64,000 bases of DNA, from contig JBHGNT010000002.1 of NCBI GenBank assembly GCA_043228905.1, forward strand, positions 4,154,001 through 4,218,000. Direction: 5' to 3'. Origin of the DNA: Azolla caroliniana (lineage: Eukaryota > Plantae > Polypodiophyta). The notes beneath the pieces are model-generated. The model had not been told where the DNA came from, did no database searches, and saw nothing but the letters and a program-made list of their open reading frames with translations. Every line of letters starts with the position of its first letter. Position 1 is the stretch's first letter. The translations under genes were made by a program, and so were the position numbers. Positions 15,150 to 27,674 of this stretch are shown piece by piece.

Positions 15150-18100
15150 TCCAAGAAAATCCTAAAAGACCTTTCAGCTTCTTTCCACCTAGTTATCCTA
15201 ATAATTGATAGTTTCCACTAGGGAAGAAGTGTCCAAGTTGGTTGGGCACCTAACAGTCACACATTTACATAAATCAAGTGGACGAGAACGAAGAGACAAA
15301 GAGGCACAATTTTCTTTATTGCCATAGCAGCTCGACAAGCCCCATCAAAAGTACGCGACACGACTCCTAGGTGGATTGGATACGTAGATCATGGAGGACC
15401 GAGGAGATGAGCAAACTTGATAGGGCTATGCATGTCATCTAATGAACAAAGTGTAAGTGATGGTAGAAAATATTTTAGAATAGAGGCAATTGGGCTTATA
15501 ATGCATTACAAAGACATTACACATTGTTCTAGGATGAGCTTAGACCTTACATGCTTGAGCTCACCTATGTATCAAGAATTATTAGTTGTTTAGTTAAGTA
15601 ACACGCAAAAGTAAATGCAAGACTAATTAAGATTGCAAGAGAGGTTAGTTAAGTAAGAGGTTTGCCAAAGTGAACCAGCCACTTCGTCGATATGCTCAAA
15701 GACACATGACATGCACCTTATCTTGTCTCACCAACAATATGATGTATGCTCACCTGAGCCACTTTAGCAATGGACCAACGAAGAAATACATATAGCTAGT
15801 TAAGTAGGAAAACTAATTTACTTGATAGTTACACAATTTGTTTTCTGAAGGTGATACCTTTTATTTCTATCAAAATGCATTTTGGTCTATGAAAATTGAA
15901 ACCTTGTATCTAGTTTCTATATGCAATTTAAAAGAAGCACTACTTAATACATTACGCAAATAACAAGTTTCAATGCCCCATAATGTTGCGTTTACGAGGG
16001 AACAAGCTCTAGCTTATTATGCATATCGAGAACAAGAACCTAATTCACCATGATTTCTCATGCAAAAGAGAAAGTTACTAAGATATCGATGTAGGCTAAG
16101 GAAAAATGGTTAGGTTTTGTACAAGGCATTGAAAGTGGGCAGAAGGTAAATTGAGAAGGCACGAGCTAAAATGATGCCATATCAAATTAGAACTCGTGCA
16201 CAACCAATCAATAAACATTTATCTAAATTTGCTCGTTGCGATTTCAAATAAACATTTCCCCTCTTGAATTAACCATAGAACATGCACTCTCAAAAGGCCA
16301 TGATGTTGATAAACCATTTACATCACATCCCCTTGTAAACTAAAGAAGTGGAGTCAAAACAATACCACATGTCCATTTCAAATAATATTGAGCAATGAGA
16401 ACCAAAGCTCTATTTGGATTCACATCCTAATATTTTATTGGATAATCCCTGCTTTTTGGTTACTTGTTTACGCTATCCGTTATCAATCAAACATCCGAAA
16501 AATCAAAGTTAAAGTGAATATACCATTATCTATCATTGATCTGATTGTTGATTAGCTACAACCTTGCATTTGCTTATGTTGATTGCCATCTAAATGTTAG
16601 GAACATGTGATGATCATCGTCAATATGAGGTAAAAAATGTTCTCTTTATCATGTACTTCAGAATAGCATTTTTCAACGATCTCTCAATTCAAACAAATTT
16701 ACTTATTGCTTTATTTTTGTCTCAATGTTCGTTATTCGATAATCATAAAAATAGCCCATCTAACATTCGTTCCAATCACTCATCATTTATTATGTAGATA
16801 TATTTGTTGAAGAATGTTGATTTGTTCTAACATAAATTCGCCATGGACTTACGTGATTTAAATTTTAGAGCCACGCTGCTTGAAGGAGCACTTATTGTTC
16901 TATCACGAGCTATTTGTTTTTTCTTGTAACTTGTATATATTGGTTACCATCACTTCCTCGCTTTAGTTGGCTTTTGTACGCAAATGACCACACATCCTCC
17001 AACTATATTCACCTTTTGAGTTGTCTCCCCCTCCCCCCCTCTCTTTCTTAAAAGAAAAGTGCAATAGAAATTGATATGACTTTGGTTTAGACTCTTAACA
17101 TAAGTCTTGCTTATCTTAATCTTATTAACTTAACATGTGCATTTCAACCTGTGCCCTTGGTTGAGAATGGTACTACCAACATATTTTGCTCGCACACTCA
17201 AAGACTACAATATCACACGCTATGATTTTTCTCTCTCTTACACTTGATATGTATGTTCTTCCAATGTTTACGTCCACTTAGAAATGGTCAAAAAGGTTGG
17301 GTTGCGAATCCTGCTTTCAAGGGCCAATCCCTCTACTCAAGTTAGCTGGCAAATGAGTTCCTCACATCCATCCATTCATTCACCTACCATGCGCATGATT
17401 AAAAGAGAAGTTCTTATTGAATGATGCTATTTTGGTTGTGGGGAGATGTTACATCCTTTTGTACGAATATTGAAGCTTCCAATCATATAATTTATTTAAC
17501 AACTTTCACAACACAATTTCCCATTATGCAACACCTAAGATATCACTTCTTTATTGCACTAATGATTTCAAACCCATTTCCTAACACATCACTCCAGTTG
17601 TATCACCTTCATGTTTTATTATTTCCTCCCTTGACCAATTTTGTCTACCCCCTCCCCCCTTGTACGTATCATGTAGTACTCCAACATATAACCATAGGTT
17701 CAAATCCTTCACTTATTTACTATATAACATTGTGGAATAGAGAAGTTGAACATGTGACATGTTGGTCTCCACCGAGCAACCTTACAAACTCTTTCATTCT
17801 CATTCGGTGTGTGTTTGCAGAAACATATTTGTTTTTGCAATACATTAGATTGTTGGTGGAAAAGTTCGGTTCGGTTCGGTTTGAGAGGGTCCAAACCGAA
17901 CTGTTTAATTTTTTTTTGAAACTTGAACAAAACCAAACCGCGAAACCATTAAATTGAACCGTTAAACATTTTTTCCAAACCATTAAACCATAAAAACCAC
18001 GATTTCATGGTTCGGTTTCTGTTTTCAACATAGGTCAAATTTTTAATTTTTTTAAAATTTATAATATTTCATTATTTAGAATTGTTAAGATGTTCCTAAA

Positions 18101-18586
18101 ATGTGAGAGAATAAGGTGTAAAAATGAAAAGATTGTTTAAAAACAATTTTTAAATTTTTTTAAATTTTTTTTTAAATTTTAAAAAAAATTTAAATTGTTT
18201 TTAAAAAAATTAAAAAATTAAAAACCGTTAGACCATTTAAACCGTGGTTTTTGATTGTTAAAACCAAACCAAACCAAATTGAACTGTTGAAACCGTTAAG
18301 CCGCTAAACCGCGGTTTCATGGTTCAATTCGGTTCAAACCGAACCATTGCCGATTGTTATGGAAAACTCAATAAGAGGCGAAAGCCCCTAAAGAGTGGAG
18401 ACAAGAGATGGTTCTAAAGGGTTTCTATACTCAATAAACTTGAAGCATTCAAAGAAATGAGCATAAAAATGCAAGATGTCATGAGAAGGATAACACCTAG
18501 GTCCCATACCACACACACACACACTTTGTGTGAAAACCTTACTATTCACTAACTCTCCCTCTCTCATGCACACACATGAACTATCA

Positions 18587-18628
<42 letters not shown>

Positions 18629-21600
18629 TGAACTACAAATATGTGTGCATGCCTCAATTCTAGTCCTTTAAAATTGAGAGACACATCCCTTCCATAACTA
18701 AAAGGAAATAAAAAAGAAAATCTGTATCATCACACTATGTTGTTCTTAATAAAAACTAGAGTAGACGGTGTACACGATATATTGTCTTTGTAAGTTCGTT
18801 ATTTTGAAAACAAGACATTATTATGAATCATGATGGTGATGTAGTTATGGTCATTTCATGTACGTGCTTTAGAAAACATGATGCGCGTGAAGGTTTTATT
18901 ATTTGAAATTGAGTCTTGTTTCTTATTGAAAGTCCACTCATGTAGTTATTAACTGACATTAGGTTGGTAATCGGTCTGAAACTTGACCCAATGACATGTT
19001 AACTTGTCATATTCTAGGAATGAATCTTATCAATCTATTTTGTCTAGCTATTGAGCTTATATTATAGTGGTTAGCCATTGTAACATCAAAAAACTTGCTC
19101 TTTTTTTGTGTATGGTGTGAATTTTCAGGTTGACTTCAAATATAATTTTGACTTTGTTATTGTTGTTTTCCATGTAATTACAAAACATCTCAAATACAAT
19201 TACTATGTATAAATGCATAGTTTTAGAAGTTCACATGGTTTTTAAGGAAATACTTCATTATAGACTTTTTATCCTCATTGACTCATGAATACATGAATGT
19301 ATTAAGTAAATCTAAAGAGTGACAAGTCATGAGTTGTGACTAGAGTTACTTTTCTTATAGAAGTTAGTCTAGATGTAAGCCAGAGTTTAGAAATGCAATT
19401 TTTACACGATCTATTAATAAATCCTTTAGTTTTCCAAGACCTGAAACTATACTTGTTAATTGAAGTTGAATCTAATCAAATTTCGTTACATGTTAAAGTG
19501 GAACATACATACTAGCATTAGTTCATTATGAATACCCACTCATGAGATTGATTATAGTGGCTATATTGTAATAAGGTATACTCTTCTATTAGTGATTTTT
19601 CCTTCATGGATATTTTAAGGTTCATCTAATGATAATATGTGTTTCAAATGGCTCACAATAATTTGCTCATCTATTTATAACAAAGAGTTAATGGCATTAG
19701 AAAATCATTTAGTGAAAAAGCATCTTGAAATCGTAAAAAATAACTTAGAGCCGATGAGAATGACATTTATGACACGAGGCTCGATTCTAGAAAAAGCAAA
19801 AGTGCATGCGAATGTGAGGTTAGGTCCAATGATCATCTCGTGGAGTTTAACAAGTTTTGTATTTCGAGCTCTCCTCTCATTTAACATCTACTTGTAACGG
19901 TTAAGGCATTAGTTGACTCGAGAGGATATATTAAGTTAGGTTTCATCAAGAATCTGGTCCATTGAAGTGTGGTTAGGTCAATGTGTATTTTCTCCCCACC
20001 TATATATCATTTAGTTGTTGAGTAGGTTGATATGATCATCATATTAGTAATCAAAAGGAGCTTTAATTGAATTCCAATATTTTCAACAAAGTCAAAGTAA
20101 AGGAAGAAACAAAATTTGTTGATCTCTTAACATAATGGAGGGGAAAAGTGTTACCCTTATAGCTTTTAGAAAAAAGAACTTCCTATCTCACTTTAGGATC
20201 GGCTTGAAATTGCACATTTGTTTTTGCTTAGTAATTGAATGGAAAGGATCTAAATAGTTCATAGAAACTTCCTCGTTATGGTTGTCCTCATCTTATCCAC
20301 TTTGTTCTAATGGAAAATCATAATTAATGAGAGGAGAATACATCCTAAAGCTAGATCATGGGTAATTTCAAGCACAAATTCGAAAACATTGAGAACTTTA
20401 AAGATTGTATTCATTCAGTAATAAAAAAAACTCATGTAGTATAAACTCCATGTTAGAAGGCATATTTCTAAAAGAAATGAATCTTCTGATGTAGTTCACT
20501 TTTTAAACCAAAATAAACCACGAGGAAACTATTATTTATGACGACAACTCATCCATGAATAATGTGGTGTTATTAAACCATGCAAAGTAGTGATAGAAAT
20601 AAACACTTTTGTGCTTTAGAATATTGTATTTGCAGGTATTGCTGAAGAAGTTTGTGGCCAAGAAAACTCTAACAATATGTATTTGATTGAAAATATATAC
20701 GCAAATTAAAAAGGTATACTTTGAAGACATCAGAAAGTTTTGATGCCAACGACAATTCTCTCAAGAGACTTGAATTCATCAAAGTTATTTACATTAGGCA
20801 CCTTGTTTGGTGAGCAAGTTATGACAACAAGGAACCATCGAAAGCCTATTATAAGTACTTTTAAGTTGAACCCAAAACGTAAAAAAGTTACAAAAATGTC
20901 AAGGCAAACCCAATACTCTAGGGTGAAACTTGAAAGTGACCCTTTTTTGAGGTAAGAGCTATGAGGATCTAGATAATCATCATGTGTGGGCAATTTCAAA
21001 TAATGTGGGTAGCTAGTGGATGTGATCACAATTATCCATACAAATTTAAAAAACCTATGACTTTATATTTCTAAATAATGTTAAAGTTGTCTTGTTGAAA
21101 TATTTAGAAACATCCATTGATATGAATAAGGTGCCATATAAATTTATTTTTATTCTTGAGATAGGTAAATGAGAAGAAGAAAGGTAGAGAAATGGTACAA
21201 CTTGGACACAACATGAAAAAAGAAGGCTAGTATGCATGCGAAATATGGTACCTCAATAACCAACGGTTGTCCCATCGTGGCCATGTGGGTCATTGATGTC
21301 TATTAGATGTAGAGTTACGATAAGCTCACAAATGCTTTTTATAGCGCCACCAACCATGAAATAGGCGACAAAAAGTATTATTGTTGTTGATTTGCTTTCG
21401 ATATAATTGCACAAGTGGGATGGAGGAAACATAAGGCTTTGATACCATGTGATTTATTAAGAAATTAATTATATATTTATTATTTTGTAAATAATAAGAA
21501 TAAGTTAAAAGAAAACAAGAAGCATTTTTATTGATAGAATGTGTGAATGTAAATAGTCATTACAAAGGTGTTACAATATTCACATGATATTTATTCATGT

Positions 21601-21690
21601 TAATATTCTAGGAATTCGTGTGATACCTATGAATTCGTGTGATACCTATGAATTCTCTAAATACCTATGAATTCTCTAAATACCTATGAA
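15150..21690 (-). mobile_element. Highly decayed Ty1/Copia retrotransposon relic
   Basis: Minus-strand tRNA-iMet-type PBS TGGTATCAAAGCC at ~21435-21447, next to an AT-rich LTR-like segment. Fragmentary minus-strand translations resemble integrase (~17350-17430), RT (ESIRAL-like, ~16360-16420) and RNase H (~15300-15380), in Copia order. Boundaries are approximate. Confidence 0.55.
17850..18357. mobile_element. Non-autonomous MITE/hAT-like element with AACCG/GGTTC subterminal repeats
   Basis: Clusters of ggttc/aaaccg motifs at both ends around an AT-rich core. No clean TIR or TSD found. Confidence 0.45.
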
Positions 21691-21699
21691 TTAGGGTTC

Positions 21700-23700
21700 A
21701 CAATGGAAGGTGGGATTGTCCGTGTTTGGATGCATGGCAATATTGATCGTGCCATTGTTAATGTTACAATCCGTGTTGCAGAGGTAGAGTTCAAGCATGA
21801 TAGCTTGCTTTTCCCCAACTACGCCAATGTCCCCAAGGTACCATATTTTATGTTTAGTTGATCAACAAATAATGGTGGTTATAATCATTTCTCCAGTAAT
21901 TGGTGACTACTATTAACCTACTCAAATGTTTGGCTAGATTGGGGATATATGAGTGATGTCCTCCCTACTGGATATTCGACTGGTAAAGGAATTATTTCCC
22001 CTCAGTTGTATGTTTGGTTAGTGGTGAAGTGAGATGTGATCGCTCTTCCAAATGGTACCTCTATTCTTGGTATAATGGTGGAAATGAGGTCCGTCATGTC
22101 TTGTGTGTTGGTGACACATCTAGCCTCAAGCTTCATCCGACTCACTCAATGTATGAAGGGCTCCCTTTTTTTATCTTGTATAATAGACATGGCCAAAACA
22201 TGTATTGTGTGTTACTACGAAGTCGTTTGATATTGTTGTAGCAAATTTTCCTTTCCAAAGATCAACAAGATTCAAATCCTTCCTTCATGAATTCAATTGC
22301 ATGGCCCTAGCCGCTACTTGTGGAGTCGATGAAGACACAATTGGGTCACTTCTGGAGAGCCAAAACAAGATTGACAACGTTTGTGTGTGATGCCCAATTT
22401 GCTTCCCGAAGACAATTTCTTGCTCAATAGAGTACTTATCGTCAAGGGGTCTACAACATCATCAAGATGTTATTTAGATTTTGACAAGGGATAATCAAGA
22501 ACCATGGTCAAACAATGCTGACATGAATGACACCTCAAACAACTTTCATGACCCTCAACGTTATATTCTGTCTCAACTTGACATCGTCATTCAGAATGGT
22601 GGTTCGATGAACATCATTAGTTCACAAAAGCTGGTTGCACTTCATTGTGTTGAATTTAGTGGGGAGAGAGTCTCTTGAGAGGCAAGTAAAACCTTTTCCA
22701 ATCACCACAAGGGCCAATAGCATCTATAGTTGTCACGTTTAGGCATGACAAGAGTCTTCACATGTTCGTCCTTGTTCTTGTATTGGCATATTATTACGAT
22801 TGATTTGGGATCTTAAACAATGCTCGTCAACTTATTTATGTCATTGTGATCTGACATGTATGAAGGGAGAAAATGCCTAAACCCCTAGTTTTATAATAAG
22901 TCAAGGTCATGGTTGATGAAACAACTAAAAGGAGTTGAATGGAATGAGGATGAAACCAACAAATGAAGATAACTTTGTGTCGTCACAAGTTGTCTCACAC
23001 TAAGGGCATGTCTATATGTTCTGCGAGGGGTTCACTCCCTTTGTTAGAAATGTGGGGAGTGTACATAAGGAAATGGGTCAAACTAAAGATATATAAAAGA
23101 TTGAAGGATAGGGCAAAAGTATGAAAAGAATGTTACTCTCGAAACAAAATAAAAGAACTTACGTCAAGAGTAGAAGTTTAAGTATTCGAGCCCATTTGAA
23201 TTGTGAGAGGTCAAGCAAACTTCAATGGGATGAATGAGAAGAATGCAAATAGATGAACACGGATATCAACATTTTGCTCACACCAAGGGCTCGAGGAAGG
23301 TAAAACAACAAGGAAAAAATGAGGTGCATGCCAAAAGTAGAGCTACTATTTTTATTTGCATGAGGTGCTCTTGAGCCTACAAAAGGTATATGAGCACTCA
23401 TGGCATGGGGGAATTTTGGGATCAAGGTGGAAGTGTTGTCGAAATCTTGAACAAGCTTGGAGTAGCAAATCAAGAGAGAGTTCAAGATCAATGATGATAA
23501 GAAGCAACAAAGCTATCTTGCTGGTCCATTGAACCGGAACTCGAGGATATTCCTTCGAAGCTCTACCTTCAAATCTTATATCTCTATTTTCATTATCTAC
23601 CTCCCTTTCACACCACTCCATGCAACGAAGTTGAGATAATCTCACTTATATCTACTCAATTCATGAACTTTAGTGTAATTTATAATTTTGATATCTATAT
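21700..23700 (-). mobile_element. Decayed Gypsy-like pol relic
   Basis: Faint minus-strand fragments resemble the integrase Zn-finger region (..YMFWP), RNase H and the RT connection (VPVQWT). No intact ORF. Confidence 0.35.
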
Positions 23701-24814
23701 TCAATTATCTTGCTTGGACGACTTTGACATGCCTCAACCTCAACCTCTTCCACCAACCTTTTCATGGCTCCTCGACCAACCTTTAATTCCAAGGGGCACC
23801 TTGTTTTTGTCGAATGGAGTTTATTGCCTAGAAAATAAACAACGTTTCTCAGCAGGGCCTCTTGGAATTCCTCACACTCCCTTCTTTGGTGGTCAGGGCT
23901 ATCTCACCACAATCATCTCTAAACACCAGGACATTTGAAACAGGTAATATGTCGCATTCTCCTTTTCACATCATGGGGAGATGTTAGAATATTTGCGTTA
24001 TTTCAACAGAATCTTAAAAATGTACCACACATGCGTACATGGTTCCTTAAAATATAACAAAATTTTCAACTAAATAATTTTATGTCAAGAAACTCAATAG
24101 CCTTATATTTCATATGTCATGTTTTTGGTCAAGTTCTAAATTAACGGAATGGAATTCCATCCAACTTTAATTTTTTGGACCGTAATTGTGGTGAAGATAA
24201 AAATAGTACCCCACTCAAAAAATGTTACTGATGTTAATTTTACATTATATTTACATATAATACATCTCAAAGTTATTTATGAAGGTCGCAGTTATGAGTT
24301 GCCAACAACATTGCAGCTAATTGTACATGACACCTTCCATGTGTATAGAATCCGAACTACAAATTTAATTATCCAATCACAGAGCAAACGACAAAGAATA
24401 TTATAACATCATGTCTCTACCCCAAACTAGATTGGAAATTATAAACAAACATATTGTTCAACAAGTCAGGAAATGTAACAATGAACTAATCTCAAACTTT
24501 AAGAATTAATAGTGTTCAAATTCTAGAAGTTAGAAATCAAAGATAAACATTTAATACCCTTCAAATTATACATAATTTAGAAGCCAAAGATAAACATTTA
24601 ATACCATTCAAATTATGCAGTTAGCCATATAAACAATAAGTTAGGAAATGCAACGGTTAAATAAACTCAAACTTTAAGAATGAATTGTGTTCAAATGTTA
24701 TAGAAGTCACAAGTCAATGTCTAACCCTTAATATCGTTCAAATAATACACTTAGCCATAGAAATCAATCTATAAGCAAGTCAGGCAACGTGGGCACTTCA
24801 GGAAGAATGAACTG

Positions 24815-26879
24815 TTATAGATTGTCCTCTGTAGCATCGATTGTTTGCTCCGCTGAATCATGCATATCTTCAGGTTCTGTTACATCGTCTAGGTCCACAA
24901 GAGCCCCTGCTTCATCATCTATAGGTTCCATTGGTTCTCTCGAAGTCAACGGGAACCTCTCTGTTTCATTGATGTGCTTGGCTCCAACTTCTTGATCTTG
25001 ATTCAGACAGTCCAAGATTCCTTGGATCCTCATTTTGATGTAGTTAACTTGTTCAGGATTCTTCTCCAACACAACATAGTTTCTGACTATTTTTAATGCA
25101 CAAGCTGTAGTAGTACCTGATCGTAAAATAGAATTGCAGAAGTCAAAATAATAATTAAACTCTATAACTTAATCAAAATCAATGAGATTAAACTTATATT
25201 ACATACATGTTCTAGAGAACAAATAAAAAACCCAATCATCTGGGTTTGAGAAGAGCTCGATCAGGCGGTTGATCACTCATTGAGGTTTTTGATAAGGGTT
25301 CACAAGACACTTTTCACCCGATACATGTCGAAGCTTCTTTGTCACAACTGGGCACATTATATAATTTACAACGTTTCTTTCATTAACGTGTACTCGAGCT
25401 TTCGTCTTCATTATTACATCGTAATAACCCACACAAAGATGCTCAACAACACTGACCATACGATCGCTCGGGCTACGTGTAATATTTGTTTTTAATCCTA
25501 TTGACATTATACCAATGGGTTAAAATTTTAATGGAACACATATAAACAACATACCTAAGAGCATATTATGAAAAAACAACTTGTAACTAACCAATGCATA
25601 TGCTCTGTTGCATGACATTATGACTCGCAATGATTGACCCATGCTACGAAATATGACTATCCTCCACAATGGTGTCAAGGTCAACTCTGTGAAGTCCTTT
25701 ACCATCTTCTCGATCTGGGGGGTTACTTGAAAGGCACATCATCGAAGGTGGATCCCGTTGTTGTGGAGATTCACGACCATAGTGAGAAAACCGGGCCTAT
25801 TGGGAATATCGGCAGGGTGCGGTGTGAGCACTCACCCTTGTATACCCGTGTAAGATAATGGGGTGCCTTTATGGCACCGAATAGGAATTAAGTTGGGACA
25901 GAGAATCCCATGTAATAAGGGATTTATCCCACATTGTAATGTCCCTCCGTCCTTGGGCTATAAAGGGAAGGGAGGGTCCCTTGTAGAGGGGTTACCCATT
26001 TTGAGTTAGGAGGGTATACCACTTAGGTCTAAAGTAAGGTAGCTTTTCTCTTCTTTCTTTCTTTCTTCCTTACTTACTTTCTTTAGGGTTTCATCTAGGT
26101 CTTCTTCTTTGTCATCATGTGGGTTGAGTCTTCATGTCTGTTTAGGGTTTAGTCCGGTTAAGAGCTTGCATGTCCTAAGGGGTTTTCGCTTTTGCTCAGT
26201 CTCATGTGCAAGACCCCGCTCGGTGCGACGAGCCCGAGAGCTCCCCGATCGACGGCTTGGCAACAAACTGATGTTGTAACCTAACCTACCTTGGTCCGGC
26301 TCAAGGCCGTAGTTGTATCTTGCTCTTGTATATATATAGTGAAGTTCTGTGCATTTGTGTCTGTGTCGGTGTCTTTGGAGTTCCTTCTTTTTGGTTTCTG
26401 TACATAGGATGCGTGTGTCTAGTCAGTGTTACGTGCGCATCCTTTTTCCTCTCTCATTCGGTTACTCTCGGCACGTATTCGGAAACGCTCTGGTTGGTGT
26501 CCTAGCCGATCGCGGGAAACAGTGAAGCTCAACCTTCCATGATCCGTCTCTCTCTGGTCTAAGACCCCTGTGGTCCCGCTCTGGATCTAACACGGGTGCA
26601 CGGATTACCGCGACACCGCGATACAACAAGCAATGTATAGTGCCTTTTTGGTAATATCTCGAGCATATTCGCCACATCCCCATTGAATACACTATAATGT
26701 AATGGTTTGAAAGGGTCAACTCTATGCAAAAAACTTTTTACTGTTTCTAAGTCCTCCGACACTTCCAACTCCTTTCCCTTTGTCATTCTTTTTTCGTATT
26801 TAGCACGTTCCAAGTGCATGATGAACAAACTTTGAGTACCTTCGTAACTGTCACCAACTTTCTTTGATCGAGGTGGTTT
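24815..26879 (-). pseudogene. Decayed paralog of the transposon-borne N6A/N4C DNA methyltransferase (3' exons)
   Basis: Homologous to 42096-43383: HLERAK, YSVFNGDVANMLEILPKRHYTLL, EKMVKDFTELT..LWRIVIF.SM.Q, VGYYD, LVNPYQKPQ, RLIELFS, GTTTACALKIVRN..LEKNPEQV..DQEVGAK. Same intron positions. Contains stops, frameshifts and an LTR insertion. Confidence 0.85.
25759..26628 (+). mobile_element. Solo-LTR-like insertion (~870 bp) inside the MTase pseudogene
   Basis: TGTTGT...ACAACA termini and an internal TATA-like ctataaaggg at ~25959. It interrupts the MTase reading frame. No TSD (flanks cccgt / agcaa). Confidence 0.65.
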
Positions 26880-27674
26880 CTGCAAAATTCATTTTTGTAA
26901 GTGTTGAGAATCAAACTCAACTTCCCGTGAGTGGGAACACATGCTAGGTGTTGTCCGCCGGAATAGTAACCGACGGACAAAAGCGTAGGAATAAGAAATA
27001 ATATAAGATCATAACGCATGTAATGGTTCACGCAGGAAGCGTGAACGGCTAAATAGACCCTGCGTATATAAAGGGCAGAAAACCTCTTATAGAGGTGCGT
27101 GTAATTTTGGGGAATGTAAGAAACGTCTCATAATAGAATTCTATCTTCTCTGATTCTCTGTGTATAGCTACGGCTAATCCACTGTGTGTATCTTGAAGAC
27201 CTAAGCGTGTAAGAACGTAAGTGTAACCTTTGCTAAGGATTCGGTTGTAGATGTCTCCCTTATACGCTGATAGGTTATAGGGAACAATCCCCTACGCATG
27301 ACGCTTAGACGCCATTCGTTGTTCCACACCCACTTGAAGGTCTAGGTCGAAGGACTAACCGCGGACCGTGTTCCTAATAGGCAACACTTTTGGCACGCCC
27401 GGTGATCTGTGTCTTCTCACAGACGAACAACGACGAATGGATGTTTAGCCGCAGACGCCCCAGAGAACCAACATGACAAGACCGGCCAATAACAAGGTCC
27501 GTCACACGCCAGGTAGAAGAACGCGCACGGCAAAAGCCGCGCCCCAGCAACCTCAGTACTACCTGCCGTGAGTACACAGGTGATTCTTCGCTCTCCAAAT
27601 ACCTCGACGAGACGCGGAGACTACGCTCACCATAGCCACCCGGTGGTCTTTCTCGTCTCGCCGTAGCCCCCACC

